From Candidatus Poribacteria bacterium (GTDB lineage Bacteria > Poribacteria > WGA-4E > PCPOR2b): a DNA stretch of 64,000 bases. Shown here in pieces: positions 50,578 to 60,998 of this stretch (within the stretch, counting starts at the first letter, position 1; the number at the start of each line of letters is the position of its first letter). Below the pieces are notes generated by a model. That model had not been told where the DNA came from, searched no databases, and saw nothing but the letters and a program-made list of their open reading frames with translations. A program made the translations under genes and the position numbers. Location of the stretch: contig OZ242326.1 in NCBI GenBank assembly GCA_965208325.1, positions 4,480,001-4,544,000 on the forward strand, in the 5' to 3' direction.

Positions 50578-52464
50578 ATGATAATCCATTTCAAAACAGA
50601 AACCGAGTTTTTGCCAAAAACTCGGTTTCTATTCGCGCTTATCCTCATTTTATCGCTTTTGACAATCCCACTTACCGCGCTCAGCGATGCGGATGATACA
50701 GCTATCCCCACTCCAATCAACCCCGATCTGACTTTCCTGATTCGGCAAATTACGTTTGAAGGCAACGACTTTCTCAATCGGAAAGCGTTGGCGCAGCACA
50801 TCGGTGTTGGCGCCGGACAACCATATGACAAAGGAGAGATTCTTGAGGGACTAAACCGCATTGCCGCAGAATACAGAAAAAACGGGTTTATTTCCGTGGT
50901 GCTTCACCCGGAGGTTACCGAGATTTCGGCTGATCAGGTGCGTATACGCGTTCACATTGACGAAGGAAAGCGAGTTCGGACGGGTGAAATTACGATTGAC
51001 GGCGCCCAACTGTTTTCTGTACGCGAGCTGAGGCGAGAACTTCGTCTGCATAGAGGCGCACCATTTAGCCATACGGCGCTAGAACGAGGAATTGCACGCA
51101 TCCTCGCCCTGTACAGCGAACGCGGTTATCCGAAAGTAGAGATTCAACCGGGAGATTTTCGACTATCGCCCGAAGAGGATTTGGTCGATTTTCACCTCCA
51201 AATCGATGAAGGTAATCTGATCCGCATCGGAGGGGTGAAATTGACCGGTTTGAAGAAAACAAAAGCAGATGTCGTCTCCCGCGAGTTGCCGATTCAATCC
51301 GGCGACGTGTTTAATCAGCGCAAAATCGATCAGAGTTTTCACCGGCTGGTAAATCTCGGCTACTTTTATGAGGTGAATCCTGATGTGCTGGAGCCGGGGA
51401 ACGCGCCGGACGAGGTCATATTTAACGCACTGGTCACAGAAGCGCGGACAGGCAGATTTAGCGGTGTGATTGGTTACGCCCCGCCGACATCCGGCCTTGA
51501 AAACGCCCCCCAACTCACCGGAGTGATTGAAGCCAGCGAATCAAATCTGCTCGGCACGGGCCGGCAGGCAAACTTTTTTTGGAAATCCGGTTTGATTTCG
51601 ACGCTGCAGGTCGGGTATGAAGAACCTTGGCCCTTCGGTAAACCGCTCAAAATCGGCGTCGAATACAGCCGGTTGACGCAGCGGAACCAATTTACGGACG
51701 CAGAATCTAAAGAGCAATCCACCCGCTTAATCGTTGGGACGCGTTTTCGCAGTTTATTTGAAGGGTCTCTGGCGCTCTCGTACAAACGGATTGAACTGCC
51801 AACCATTGCCGCACCCTTCACTTCTTTGGACGCAACCGATCCATTTTTCCGAGGGGGTTCACAGCGCCAGCCGCGTGACATCTCGGATTCAGATGGAGCG
51901 GGCGCGTATATCGGTGAGAACGGCGTAAAGTACGGGGTAACTTTGAGCATTGCGCGCGACAGCAGGGATTCCTTCCTGAATCCGACCCGCGGCCGGCGCG
52001 ATCACATCGCTTTTGAATTTTCGCGCGGCGATTTCAAGCTTCGCAAATTGTGGTTAGATTTCCAACAGTATTTTCCGACGTGGCGCAGGCAGGTTATCGC
52101 TATCGGCGTGCATGGGGCGGCGGCTTGGGGGGCGAATATCCCGCCGACAGAACTTTTCTATTTGGGCGGCGCAAACACGCTGCGCGGTTACGATGAGGAT
52201 TGGTTCTCCGGTCCTCGCCGTGTGCACGGCAATTTCGAGTATCGATTTCTGACCGGGCGAACCTCGCAAATCTTCGCGTTTGTCGATCTCGGGTCGGTGA
52301 CGGCAATTGACGAGCCGACGCGGCTGGACCCGCTTCGCGTCGGCTACGGTTTCGGCATGCGGCTCGAATCAAAAGGCGGCGCACTGCGTATGGACTACGG
52401 ACTGGCTGAGGGAAGTTCGGCGCTGCAAGGGAAGATTCATGTGAACTTGGGAACTGCATTCTAA
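50578..52464 (+). CDS. BamA/TamA (Omp85) family outer-membrane protein with POTRA domains (start uncertain)
   Basis: POTRA-like repeats (ITFEGN...Y..NGF; Y.ERGY), FYLGGANTLRGY, GYGFGMR, terminal Phe. Confidence 0.9.
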   Translation: MIIHFKTETEFLPKTRFLFALILILSLLTIPLTALSDADDTAIPTPINPDLTFLIRQITFEGNDFLNRKALAQHIGVGAGQPYDKGEILEGLNRIAAEYRKNGFISVVLHPEVTEISADQVRIRVHIDEGKRVRTGEITIDGAQLFSVRELRRELRLHRGAPFSHTALERGIARILALYSERGYPKVEIQPGDFRLSPEEDLVDFHLQIDEGNLIRIGGVKLTGLKKTKADVVSRELPIQSGDVFNQRKIDQSFHRLVNLGYFYEVNPDVLEPGNAPDEVIFNALVTEARTGRFSGVIGYAPPTSGLENAPQLTGVIEASESNLLGTGRQANFFWKSGLISTLQVGYEEPWPFGKPLKIGVEYSRLTQRNQFTDAESKEQSTRLIVGTRFRSLFEGSLALSYKRIELPTIAAPFTSLDATDPFFRGGSQRQPRDISDSDGAGAYIGENGVKYGVTLSIARDSRDSFLNPTRGRRDHIAFEFSRGDFKLRKLWLDFQQYFPTWRRQVIAIGVHGAAAWGANIPPTELFYLGGANTLRGYDEDWFSGPRRVHGNFEYRFLTGRTSQIFAFVDLGSVTAIDEPTRLDPLRVGYGFGMRLESKGGALRMDYGLAEGSSALQGKIHVNLGTAF

Positions 52465-52469
52465 GGTCT

Positions 52470-52585
52470 ATAGTCATTTAGGTTCATATTTACACAAGGC
52501 GAGATTGACTGATTGTTAATCGAGGCTGGGAAGCCTCTCCCACCAACCAATGAGTAAATGTATAATTTTTAGTTGCAATGACTAT
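52470..52585. mobile_element. 116-bp MITE-like element carrying a GTGGGAG REP (copy 1)
   Basis: ATAGTCATT...AATGACTAT termini; equal-length, highly similar copy at 62708-62823. Confidence 0.8.
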
Positions 52586-52635
52586 TGGTGCCGGCGGACG
52601 GACGAAATGATTCCCGTAAAATACCGATTAATACT

Positions 52636-53544
52636 TCAACGCGCAATGCGAAATCCGATTATGAACTCGGTGTAGTCGGGACTGAAATAGTCAAAACTGG
52701 TGCAGGTACTTGCCTCGTGATTGTAGTACCACGCACCGCCGCACACGACTCGAAATTGCGGGTCTTGCTCGTCGTACCAAGTGTTCGTCCATTCCCATAC
52801 GTTGCCCATCATATCATAGCACCCTAAGGGGCTAACACCGCCGGGGAACGCGCCAACAGGCGTTGTGCCGCCTGCACCGAGTTCTGCGGTGTTACAACGC
52901 GGTCTATCAATCTCGTTTCCCCACGGAAAGCGGCGCCCGTCGTCTCCGCGGGCGGCTCGTGTCCACTCCTCAAATGTCGGCAACCGACAGCCACACCATT
53001 CGGCATAAGCCGCCGTATCGTCTGAATTTACCCAGACAACCGGATGATCGCCCTTCTTATCGGGATAGGCATCACCCTCCCACGATTGCGGGGAGGGATG
53101 TCCCGTGCCCCGAATAAACCGCTGGTATTGGGCGTTGGTGACGGGGTAACGGCCAATCTGAAATGCCTCCACCCGTAACGGCGTCAATTCATCGCCGATG
53201 TGGACACATCCGGCGGGTACCTCGGCGATTGCGTCCAACACTTGAAGCGCCGATTGGCGTATAAGTTCGTCACTCGAATCGAGCGCGATTCCCAACGGCG
53301 AAATAACCTCTCCGACGGGCGGGGTTGTGAGTTCCCGGTTTTTGCCCCAGCCCAGATCCGCCGCCAAAAGCGTCCGAACCGCGTTGAACAGGGAGGCGTC
53401 GAAATGCCATCGCCAATACCGCTTAATGAGGAGGTCTAACGCCGCCGGATCGCCACACTCAACGAGCGATTTTCTGTTTTGATCGAAGTCATCCTGTTGA
53501 GCGCCGTCCGGCAATTTGAGTTTTATTAGCGTCTCGTCCGCCAA
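52636..53544 (-). CDS. FGE-sulfatase (SUMF1-like) domain protein with N-terminal HEAT-like segment
   Basis: YPVTNAQY..F, HPVVWV, RLPTFEEW..AARG, DMMGNVWEW, IGFRIA. Confidence 0.9.
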   Translation of the reverse strand: MADETLIKLKLPDGAQQDDFDQNRKSLVECGDPAALDLLIKRYWRWHFDASLFNAVRTLLAADLGWGKNRELTTPPVGEVISPLGIALDSSDELIRQSALQVLDAIAEVPAGCVHIGDELTPLRVEAFQIGRYPVTNAQYQRFIRGTGHPSPQSWEGDAYPDKKGDHPVVWVNSDDTAAYAEWCGCRLPTFEEWTRAARGDDGRRFPWGNEIDRPRCNTAELGAGGTTPVGAFPGGVSPLGCYDMMGNVWEWTNTWYDEQDPQFRVVCGGAWYYNHEASTCTSFDYFSPDYTEFIIGFRIAR

Positions 53545-53747
53545 AATTGGTTAACCTTTTGAAGAATTCTCATGGTCCAGTTGTCAAGCGTTCTTAACCT
53601 CCCCTAACCCATCCTTGTTAAGGAGGGGGATGCTACTTCAGTTCCATTCACATGCAAGCTGCCGCCGGAGAATTCATCCGGATCTTCCACCTCGCCAAAG
53701 AGAGCGGGAACGGCGTCGGGTGATTTGTGATAGTGGAAAACCACGGC

Positions 53748-55430
53748 TTAACCCGCTGCGTCTTGATGCCGATGGCGAGGTCCATTTAGCAACGTGCCGA
53801 CCGGTGTATAGCGCACCAAGTATTCGTAAGTCACCAACAGCACCGCTGTGGTAACGACACATATCAGACTGAACTTTAGCAGCGCCGGAAGCTGCCAAGA
53901 CCTTATTAGCCATTGCGCGATGACGATTAGTGGGAGGTGCGCCAGATAAATCCAGTAAGATGCATCCGAGACATACCGCCACACTCTGCTGCCTTTAACT
54001 ACCAGCCGACGAAACGCACCCATCAAGGAAAACACCATCATCCAAGCGAACAGTGCCTGCGCGGTGACCGAGACGATATGATTTGGCACTGCCGGATCCG
54101 CCGACCAGCCGAGCGTTAAGCCGATGGGGGAGACAATTAGCAAGGTTACGGGCAGGGTGAAGATCCACCGTTTGCCGACTTTTCCAGTCTCGTCATTGGA
54201 ATCGTAGTAGAGCGCGCCGAAGAAAAAGAAGATGGCGTAATAAAAGAGCATGTGCGGTTTAGGTAAAAAATTGGCTGAAAGGTCTGGACCAAAATGCGGG
54301 ATTTTGCCTTGGGCGCCCATAAACCATTGCGGCAGCATCGTGAGCGGAATGAGCCACAGGCAGCGGCTCCACGGGAGTGCGAACCTATGAAGACGACGCG
54401 ACCAACCGGTTCGATCGTCGATGGCGGCATATAATGCGAAGGCAGCCACAAACCAGCATAGATACCAGAGGAACCAGAGGTGTGTGAGTATCTCGCCTCC
54501 GGTAAGGAAATTCCAAATGCGGCTCAAAATCTCGTAACTGGCGTACGCATCTTTGCTATCCGTTATTAACTCGTGATGCCCTTCTTGCGCCATGCGATCA
54601 CGGAGTATTTCAATTACCTCCGACCTGCCGGCTTTCACATTTTTCGAGTCAAATGAAATTTGCAAATAATTTGCGATTGCTCGTGTGTACGTCCAATTTG
54701 CTTGTGCGGTGTCCAGCGGCGTTTCACCGTTTAGGGTTTTGGCGGTGACATCTGCGCCGTAGTCCAGAAGCAGTTTTACAATCTCAAGCTGTCCCATGAA
54801 TGCTGCGGCGTGCAATGGCGTCGCCCCGTCCAAGTTTTTCGCGCCGATGTCAGCCCCTGCTTCAATGAGAAGTTCCGCTATTTCATCCTTTCCCTCAAGG
54901 GCTGCCCATGACAGCGCCGTAACGCCGAATTCAGAATCTGCGGCATTGGGATCGGCGCCATCCGACAAGTGAAGTTTGAGCGCTTCAACGTCTCCAGTTT
55001 TTGCTGCCGAGTAGACATCGCGGCGCCGAATTTCTGACGGTGAACTCGATTTGCCCTTGTCAGGCGTGACTGAAAAAGTGAAATTCGTCGCGGCAGCGAA
55101 GTAGCTAAAATGGGTAATAGGGACGATGGTAAACAGCCCCAAAATAAACGGGAGCAAGATGCGGCGAAACCGATGCCGCAAGAGCGACGCCAACCCTCGT
55201 TTGCGCCACAACATCGCCGTGAAAAAACCGCTCATGACAAAGAATACCGGCATTCGAAATCCGTGAATCAGCGCAAAAACGATACCGAGTCCGTCGGTTC
55301 GTTGCGTGTCTTGAACGGGCCAAATTGGCATATAAAAATATGCCATTGAAGCGTGCAATACGATGCCTAGCAGCATGGCGGCGGCACGCAAGGCATCGAG
55401 GTCGTGCCGCCGATTGGGAGGGGTGTTCAT
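53748..55430 (-). CDS. Acyltransferase-3 (OpgC-like) membrane protein with inserted ankyrin repeats
   Basis: RRHDLDALRA, HGFRMPVFF..SGFF, HLWFLWYL, SYWIYLAH; internal GVTALSWAA, GATPLHAAA, GETPLDTA. Confidence 0.9.
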   Translation of the reverse strand: MNTPPNRRHDLDALRAAAMLLGIVLHASMAYFYMPIWPVQDTQRTDGLGIVFALIHGFRMPVFFVMSGFFTAMLWRKRGLASLLRHRFRRILLPFILGLFTIVPITHFSYFAAATNFTFSVTPDKGKSSSPSEIRRRDVYSAAKTGDVEALKLHLSDGADPNAADSEFGVTALSWAALEGKDEIAELLIEAGADIGAKNLDGATPLHAAAFMGQLEIVKLLLDYGADVTAKTLNGETPLDTAQANWTYTRAIANYLQISFDSKNVKAGRSEVIEILRDRMAQEGHHELITDSKDAYASYEILSRIWNFLTGGEILTHLWFLWYLCWFVAAFALYAAIDDRTGWSRRLHRFALPWSRCLWLIPLTMLPQWFMGAQGKIPHFGPDLSANFLPKPHMLFYYAIFFFFGALYYDSNDETGKVGKRWIFTLPVTLLIVSPIGLTLGWSADPAVPNHIVSVTAQALFAWMMVFSLMGAFRRLVVKGSRVWRYVSDASYWIYLAHLPLIVIAQWLIRSWQLPALLKFSLICVVTTAVLLVTYEYLVRYTPVGTLLNGPRHRHQDAAG

Positions 55431-55549
55431 TTAATGAAATCCTTTCAGTCCAGGGATTTTGCGTGGGGGTTTTTGAATATGGAAAAGACTATCGCCTTCG
55501 CTATTCGCTCAGTTGATCCTTCGCTGTTCGTTCAGTTGATCCCTCCTTA

Positions 55550-58500
55550 TTAAGGCGGGGAATGATGATTTTGTTCGGTTTCAAGGTTTTCAATCACCAG
55601 CCATGTGACGAGTTCGAAGTCTGTTGCGCCGCTAACCTGATCGGTTACAAGGGGCAGGGCGCCGCCGCGGCCTGATGTGAGGTTGTCGAATGCGCGTTTT
55701 CTGTAGGTCTGGGCGATAGATTTTACGGTCTTGTCAAGAAGGTCGTCGTATTGGGACATGTCTGCGCCGTTAGCCGTGCGTTCGTCGAACAGCGCACAGA
55801 GTTCGTCATAGGGTCTATTATTGCCAGAGCAGAGTTGGCGGTACATTTCCAGAATTTGTTTGGGATAGGCGAAGGAAAAACGCACAACCCCATCGTTCCG
55901 AACATAGACGAGGAAATAGGGTTGGGTGGGATTCAGGTTCCGGTTTTCATCCGACTCGGTTTTCTGGCGCAAGCAGAAGATGACACCGGGTTGAATTATC
56001 GGGTCATTTGGAGGCGGCGGCACGACGGCATAGAGCCCAAAAGGCGATTCCTCAAGTTTTTTTCGGTTACTTTCAATGTATTTGATGAGTTCCATACGGA
56101 AATCGTCAAGCGTGAACTCGTTAAGGGCAACACTTTCGGTAAACTCTTCAAGGTCAAGGACTTCATCCTTGAGCCGAAGCAGTTGTTGGTCACGGTATCG
56201 GAGATCGCCTTCGATAACGTCGTGAAGTGCATCGGGATCGAGCAGGTTATCTCCCTGTGTGGCGGTGACATCCACGAGGGCCATCCGTGCTTCAACCCGG
56301 TTTTTGAGGTTAATGTAACGATTCAGATCTTCGGTGGGCCAGAAATTCACCAAATGCACACTGTTATTGACGCTTCCAATTCTATCAATCCGTCCGAACC
56401 GTTGGATGATGCGCACCGGATTCCAGTGGATGTCGTAATTGATTAGGTAGTCGCAGTCTTGGAGGTTTTGTCCTTCCGAGATGCAGTCGGTGCCGATCAG
56501 CAGATCAATCTCCTCGTTCTGCGGCATTGAGGCGATGCCGGCGCGGTTCTTCGCAATCGGGGAGAAGTTGGTGAGAATGTCGATGAAGTTGGTCCTGCCA
56601 AGCGTGGTTTTGTTCGCGCCTGCGCCGGTCACCATCCCGGTGTGGATATTCAGTTTTGCCGCAGCCCATTCATGGAGTGCGCCGTAGAGGTAGTCGGCGG
56701 TGTCGGCAAATGCAGTGAATACAAGCACCTTGCGATTCGGTTTATTTTCCTTCGTGGTAGTCGGATTGTTGACCTTCGCCTGAATCAGTTCTTTGAGTTT
56801 AGCGAGTTTGGCATCGCGGTGCATGTTGATTTTTTTTGCCGAACGGTAGGGGCCTTCAAGTTGGTCTCGGTCATGTTGTAAATCCTCGAGCCACCGCTCA
56901 ACGTCAAGGTGCGCCATCTTGAACTTTAGGCTTTTACCAACCTGCATTGCCGCTTGCAACTCTTCATCTTCGAGAGCATCAATATCCACGTCGCCTAAGT
57001 CCGCATCCGGGTTTTCGCCGCGGTATTCCTGAAACCGCCGGATTCGACCTTCCAAATCGTCAATTTTTTCAAGCGTACGTTCCAGCGTAATCTTAAAGGA
57101 GTGAACAGAACTCTCCAAGCGTTTAAGAAAATTCACTTTCATCATGCCGATTAGGTAGTATTCGCGGTCACTCTGCGTAAAGTGATTGATGTGCCCTAGG
57201 TCGTATTCGGAATGGTGTTCGGGGCGGAGATATTTGGTCGGATTGTAGAGGGAGAGCTGATACTGCGAAATTTCCGCGTTTAGCTCGTCGTAAGACATGA
57301 ATTGACCGCGTGTATCAATGTCCGGATAAACGGGTTCGGGTTTACTACGCTCCGGGAACCCGCCCAATTCCTTCAGTGAGCTAGGATAGTATTTTTCAAT
57401 CTGTTTCCGGGAACGGGCGATTGTCAACCCGTCAAGCAATCTGAAGAAGGAGGTGCTTAGTATTTCAAGCAACCCTTGACTGCTTCGCGCTCCATCCTGT
57501 TTTGCCCACCTGTTGAAGGCGGTTTGGGCGGTTGAGATGGTTTCTCTCAGATTAACGACACCGAGCGATTCCTCGAAAGCGTCGTCACGCTCTTCGGTGA
57601 GAAAGTAGAGTTGGTTGCGCAGATCCCTTAGGTCGTTGTTTACGGGCGTCGCGGACAGCAGCAACATCTTGGTCTTTACGCCGCTCTTGACGATGTCTTC
57701 CATCAGCCGCTCGTAGCGGGATCGGCTAATGGGAACGCCGTCCTCGTCCCGTTTTCCGCGGGTGTTGTTTCGGAAGTTGTGCGACTCGTCGATAACCACC
57801 AGCCCGTAGTTTCCCCAGTTAAACGATGCAAGGTTAATACTGTCCGACATACCGCTGCTCCGGCTCAGGTCGGTGTGCGACAGAACGGTGTAACCGAAGC
57901 GGTCGTTGGGGAACGGATTAAACTTGTTTCCGGTGTGCGCTTGGTAGAGCGTCCAGTTCTCGCGCAATTTCTTGGGGCACAGCACCAGCACGTTTTCGTT
58001 GCGGAGTTCGAAGTATTTTATCACCGCCAACGCCTCGAACGTCTTGCCCAAGCCGACGCTGTCAGCGATGATGCACCCGTTGTGCGTCAAGATTTTGTTG
58101 ATGGCGCCTTTCACGCCGTCCTTTTGAAATTCATAGAGAACTTTCCAGATTTGGGTATCAACCAGTTGCGGCGGTTCGTCCAGCAGACCCCAACCCTCCT
58201 GGTCGCCCAAATATTTTTCGAAAAGGTGAAATAGCGTCTTGTAGTATATGAATTCCGGATCGTGATTCTCATAGAGCTGGTTAAGGTAGGCCAATACCTC
58301 TTCCTTGACATCCTTCACGCGGCTCTTGTCATACCAGAGTTCATCAAACCACAATTTCAAGTCGTTCAGGTCGCGCCTGTCTTCCACCGTCAGATTGAGT
58401 TCAATATTACCCGCTGTTTGACTTAACCCTAAACCCCGAACGGTAAAATTTGAACTGCCGAGGATGGCGTTTTCAACGCCGTTCTTAGCGATGTGGTACA

Positions 58501-58882
58501 TCTTGCCGTGCAGCAAATTTGATTCACGGATTGACCGCACCTCTACTTTCTCCCCAATCCAGTCAGCGCATTCTCGCGCCACCTGCTTGAGTTGAAGTTG
58601 GTTCTTCAACTGCAAACCGTCAGCGTTTATGATGAATGATTTCTTCTCTGTTTTATCGGGATCAAGCCCTTGGATGAACCGGGGTTCGCCAAATAGGAAG
58701 CGAAGGTCATTGATTTGATACAGGGATGATTTCAGCGCCTCGAACGCGTAAATTGTAAAGTAAGCGGATACAACCGAGAGTGACGTACCGTTTTCGATTT
58801 GCGACTTCAGAAACTCACCGACCGTACCGCGCTCGCGGTTATCGCGGATGCCGGACGGGAATAGTGTCGTGTTTTCTGGCAT
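55550..58882 (-). CDS. SNF2-like helicase with N-terminal PLD-type nuclease domain
   Basis: LHGKMY...GSSNFT (HKD-type), ADSVGLGKT, IDESHNFR, LLSATP, TDCISEGQNLQ, QRFGRIDRIG. Confidence 0.92.
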   Translation of the reverse strand: MPENTTLFPSGIRDNRERGTVGEFLKSQIENGTSLSVVSAYFTIYAFEALKSSLYQINDLRFLFGEPRFIQGLDPDKTEKKSFIINADGLQLKNQLQLKQVARECADWIGEKVEVRSIRESNLLHGKMYHIAKNGVENAILGSSNFTVRGLGLSQTAGNIELNLTVEDRRDLNDLKLWFDELWYDKSRVKDVKEEVLAYLNQLYENHDPEFIYYKTLFHLFEKYLGDQEGWGLLDEPPQLVDTQIWKVLYEFQKDGVKGAINKILTHNGCIIADSVGLGKTFEALAVIKYFELRNENVLVLCPKKLRENWTLYQAHTGNKFNPFPNDRFGYTVLSHTDLSRSSGMSDSINLASFNWGNYGLVVIDESHNFRNNTRGKRDEDGVPISRSRYERLMEDIVKSGVKTKMLLLSATPVNNDLRDLRNQLYFLTEERDDAFEESLGVVNLRETISTAQTAFNRWAKQDGARSSQGLLEILSTSFFRLLDGLTIARSRKQIEKYYPSSLKELGGFPERSKPEPVYPDIDTRGQFMSYDELNAEISQYQLSLYNPTKYLRPEHHSEYDLGHINHFTQSDREYYLIGMMKVNFLKRLESSVHSFKITLERTLEKIDDLEGRIRRFQEYRGENPDADLGDVDIDALEDEELQAAMQVGKSLKFKMAHLDVERWLEDLQHDRDQLEGPYRSAKKINMHRDAKLAKLKELIQAKVNNPTTTKENKPNRKVLVFTAFADTADYLYGALHEWAAAKLNIHTGMVTGAGANKTTLGRTNFIDILTNFSPIAKNRAGIASMPQNEEIDLLIGTDCISEGQNLQDCDYLINYDIHWNPVRIIQRFGRIDRIGSVNNSVHLVNFWPTEDLNRYINLKNRVEARMALVDVTATQGDNLLDPDALHDVIEGDLRYRDQQLLRLKDEVLDLEEFTESVALNEFTLDDFRMELIKYIESNRKKLEESPFGLYAVVPPPPNDPIIQPGVIFCLRQKTESDENRNLNPTQPYFLVYVRNDGVVRFSFAYPKQILEMYRQLCSGNNRPYDELCALFDERTANGADMSQYDDLLDKTVKSIAQTYRKRAFDNLTSGRGGALPLVTDQVSGATDFELVTWLVIENLETEQNHHSPP

Positions 58883-59009
58883 ATTCTTCTCCTATGGGGC
58901 GGAGTTGGCTATTTTGGAGTTTGGGTTTTTAAGTTGTCTGAATCGCGGATTGCCACTAGGTAAATGATGGATGCAGATACAATGTGCCGAATCCATATCA
59001 TATGCTTAA

Positions 59010-59285
59010 TTACGGACGATATGCTCTGCCACGCCGATAAATGCCTTTGATGGTGCACACCCGACGTTGCGTGTCCAAACTGTAGACAATTCGGTAACTT
59101 CCGACACGGTATCTGTACTGTCCAGCATATTCTCCCTTCAACTTGACAATTTTCCGCCCAAAGAACGGATTTTGGGCTATCCGCTCAATCGCTTCATTTA
59201 CTCGCCGCGTCATGTTGGCATCAAGTACGTTGTAGTGTGTCACTGCCTCATCAGTGAGTCGTACATCAAACGTCGCGTCTAACAT
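59010..59285 (-). CDS. RelE/ParE family toxin
   Basis: KLKGEYAGQYRYRVGSYRIVY...RGRAY; overlaps upstream antitoxin. Confidence 0.9.
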   Translation of the reverse strand: MLDATFDVRLTDEAVTHYNVLDANMTRRVNEAIERIAQNPFFGRKIVKLKGEYAGQYRYRVGSYRIVYSLDTQRRVCTIKGIYRRGRAYRP

Positions 59286-59496
59286 CGGTCCAACGCTTTA
59301 GCCTCCCTGCCTGCACATCCGTTTCTGAACGTTCTAAACTTTTAACGATTTCCGGATTACTCGCCAATTCGTGGGTCGCTTCCCACGCTTCTTTATCTTG
59401 CAGATAGCGCAGATAGTCAATAACCGTCTTCAGCTTTTCTGTCGAAAGCTGCTCTATTAGCTCAACTGCTTGTTGTTGCAAAGATGCTTTTCGCAT
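59266..59496 (-). CDS. Cognate antitoxin (DUF2281-like)
   Basis: LIEQLSTEKLKTVIDYLRYL...WEATHEL...DVQAGRL..W..VR; directly upstream of the toxin. Confidence 0.8.
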   Translation of the reverse strand: MRKASLQQQAVELIEQLSTEKLKTVIDYLRYLQDKEAWEATHELASNPEIVKSLERSETDVQAGRLKRWTDVRRDV

Positions 59497-59998
59497 AGTG
59501 CCCCCTTTCAATCAAGATTTCATATCAGTATATAAAAAAATAAGAAATGAAGCTTTGATCAGCCCTCCGTATTTAGCCACCCTCTGTCTGAATCGCGGAT
59601 TTCCGCGGATTGAGGGATTACACGGATTGAGAAGTCCACGCTGTCGGCCCTGCTAGCGGCGGGAGGGCCTCCCCCGTTAAGATTACCGATGAATCGGGAC
59701 GACCCTCTCGATTGCATCGGGGCACTTGTGCTTGCCCAAAGACAATGATGTTCAACACCAATCATGAGCAAGGCAACCACAAGTCTCTTTATCCCGATTT
59801 ATCGCGGGGTTACCCCGATAAAAATTAACCATTTGCAGAAATCGTTCACATCGCTTTGCACCCACTTTTTTACATGCGGCGAAATATGGTGAATCTTAGA
59901 ATTAATGAGACGCTCCAAAACGGTGCCGTTCGGAAACCGCGCCTACCGCGGCGGACGATAGTGTATATTCATTTGGTGGTAACCATAATTCAAGGTAC

Positions 59999-60766
59999 TC
60001 ATGTGACATCAAGGACCAGTTTACGCCCATTTAACGGCTGTACCGGCCGGTTGTTGCCGTGGATAATCGCTTTAAATGCCGCAATTTGCGATACAGACAT
60101 CTCAGCGGGCGTTGTGAGCACAATCCATTTGACTCCCTCTAAACAGGGCGGGGTGGTCAGTGAACCGTCGTATCGGTAGGTGCTGGGAAAAGCCGCTCCG
60201 GCTTGATCACGCATCTGTCCATTGGGCGACAGCATCAAATCAAGATCTAGTACGACATTCTCAATGCGCCGCGTTTCGAGCGGGGCGGCCGGTAAATCGG
60301 CCCAGATTGGATCAAATGCAGGGTGGTGACGACCACTCTCGATTAACAAACCCACGACTGCTAATTCGCCCGCTTCACTTTGGTGAACGAGGTGCATTTC
60401 CATATCAAACGGTTTACCGGCTACCGTGTGTTCGCTAGGAGCATGGAAATGGAATTGGAGCAGTTGATAGTCGGTGCCATCGATCTGGATTCGGCTGTCT
60501 TCAGGATACGCCACTTCAATCGTGTGTCCATTATGGTGGATGTCCACACCCGTTGCAGGCTGGTATTCATAGGAGAAAACCGGGAGTTGGGTTTGCACCG
60601 GGTTCACAATGTCGATCGGTGATTGGTGCGTCCCCTCGCCGCAAAGGACATATTCCTGATTAAGCTGCCCCCAAACATCCGGCCCATTCTCTGCTGCATA
60701 ACCCCACTCCGCCTTGTGAGTATGGGCGGGAAATTTTTTTGTCCTACCACAACCTGTTATACACAT
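59999..60766 (-). CDS. cah: Alpha-class carbonic anhydrase, probable lipoprotein; upstream signal region interrupted by TGA
   Basis: WGY, QSPIDI, NGHT, QFHFHAPSEH, EMHLVH, YRYDGSLTTPPC.EGV.W, NNRPVQPLNGR. Confidence 0.92.
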   Translation of the reverse strand: MCITGCGRTKKFPAHTHKAEWGYAAENGPDVWGQLNQEYVLCGEGTHQSPIDIVNPVQTQLPVFSYEYQPATGVDIHHNGHTIEVAYPEDSRIQIDGTDYQLLQFHFHAPSEHTVAGKPFDMEMHLVHQSEAGELAVVGLLIESGRHHPAFDPIWADLPAAPLETRRIENVVLDLDLMLSPNGQMRDQAGAAFPSTYRYDGSLTTPPCLEGVKWIVLTTPAEMSVSQIAAFKAIIHGNNRPVQPLNGRKLVLDVT

Positions 60767-60921
60767 AATAAATCAGATAACGATGGTAAATCTCTTTGCA
60801 ATACAAGGACTCTGGAAATCAAGCGCTGCCAGTAGTAAATAGACTTGGAATTGCGTCATCATCAATCACTTCGGGTTTTTTTATCGGCAACGTTCAGAAT
60901 TTGTTTGAGAGAAGATACGGA

Positions 60922-60998
60922 GGAAAACGGGAAAACGGGAAAACGGGAAAACGAGAAAACGTGAAACGGAAAACGAGAAAACGAGAAAACGAATAACG
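60922..60998. repeat. Degenerate 7-8 bp tandem repeat (G/A)GAAAACG
   Basis: GGAAAACG GGAAAACG GGAAAACG GGAAAACG AGAAAACG TGAAACG GAAAACG AGAAAACG... Confidence 0.9.
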
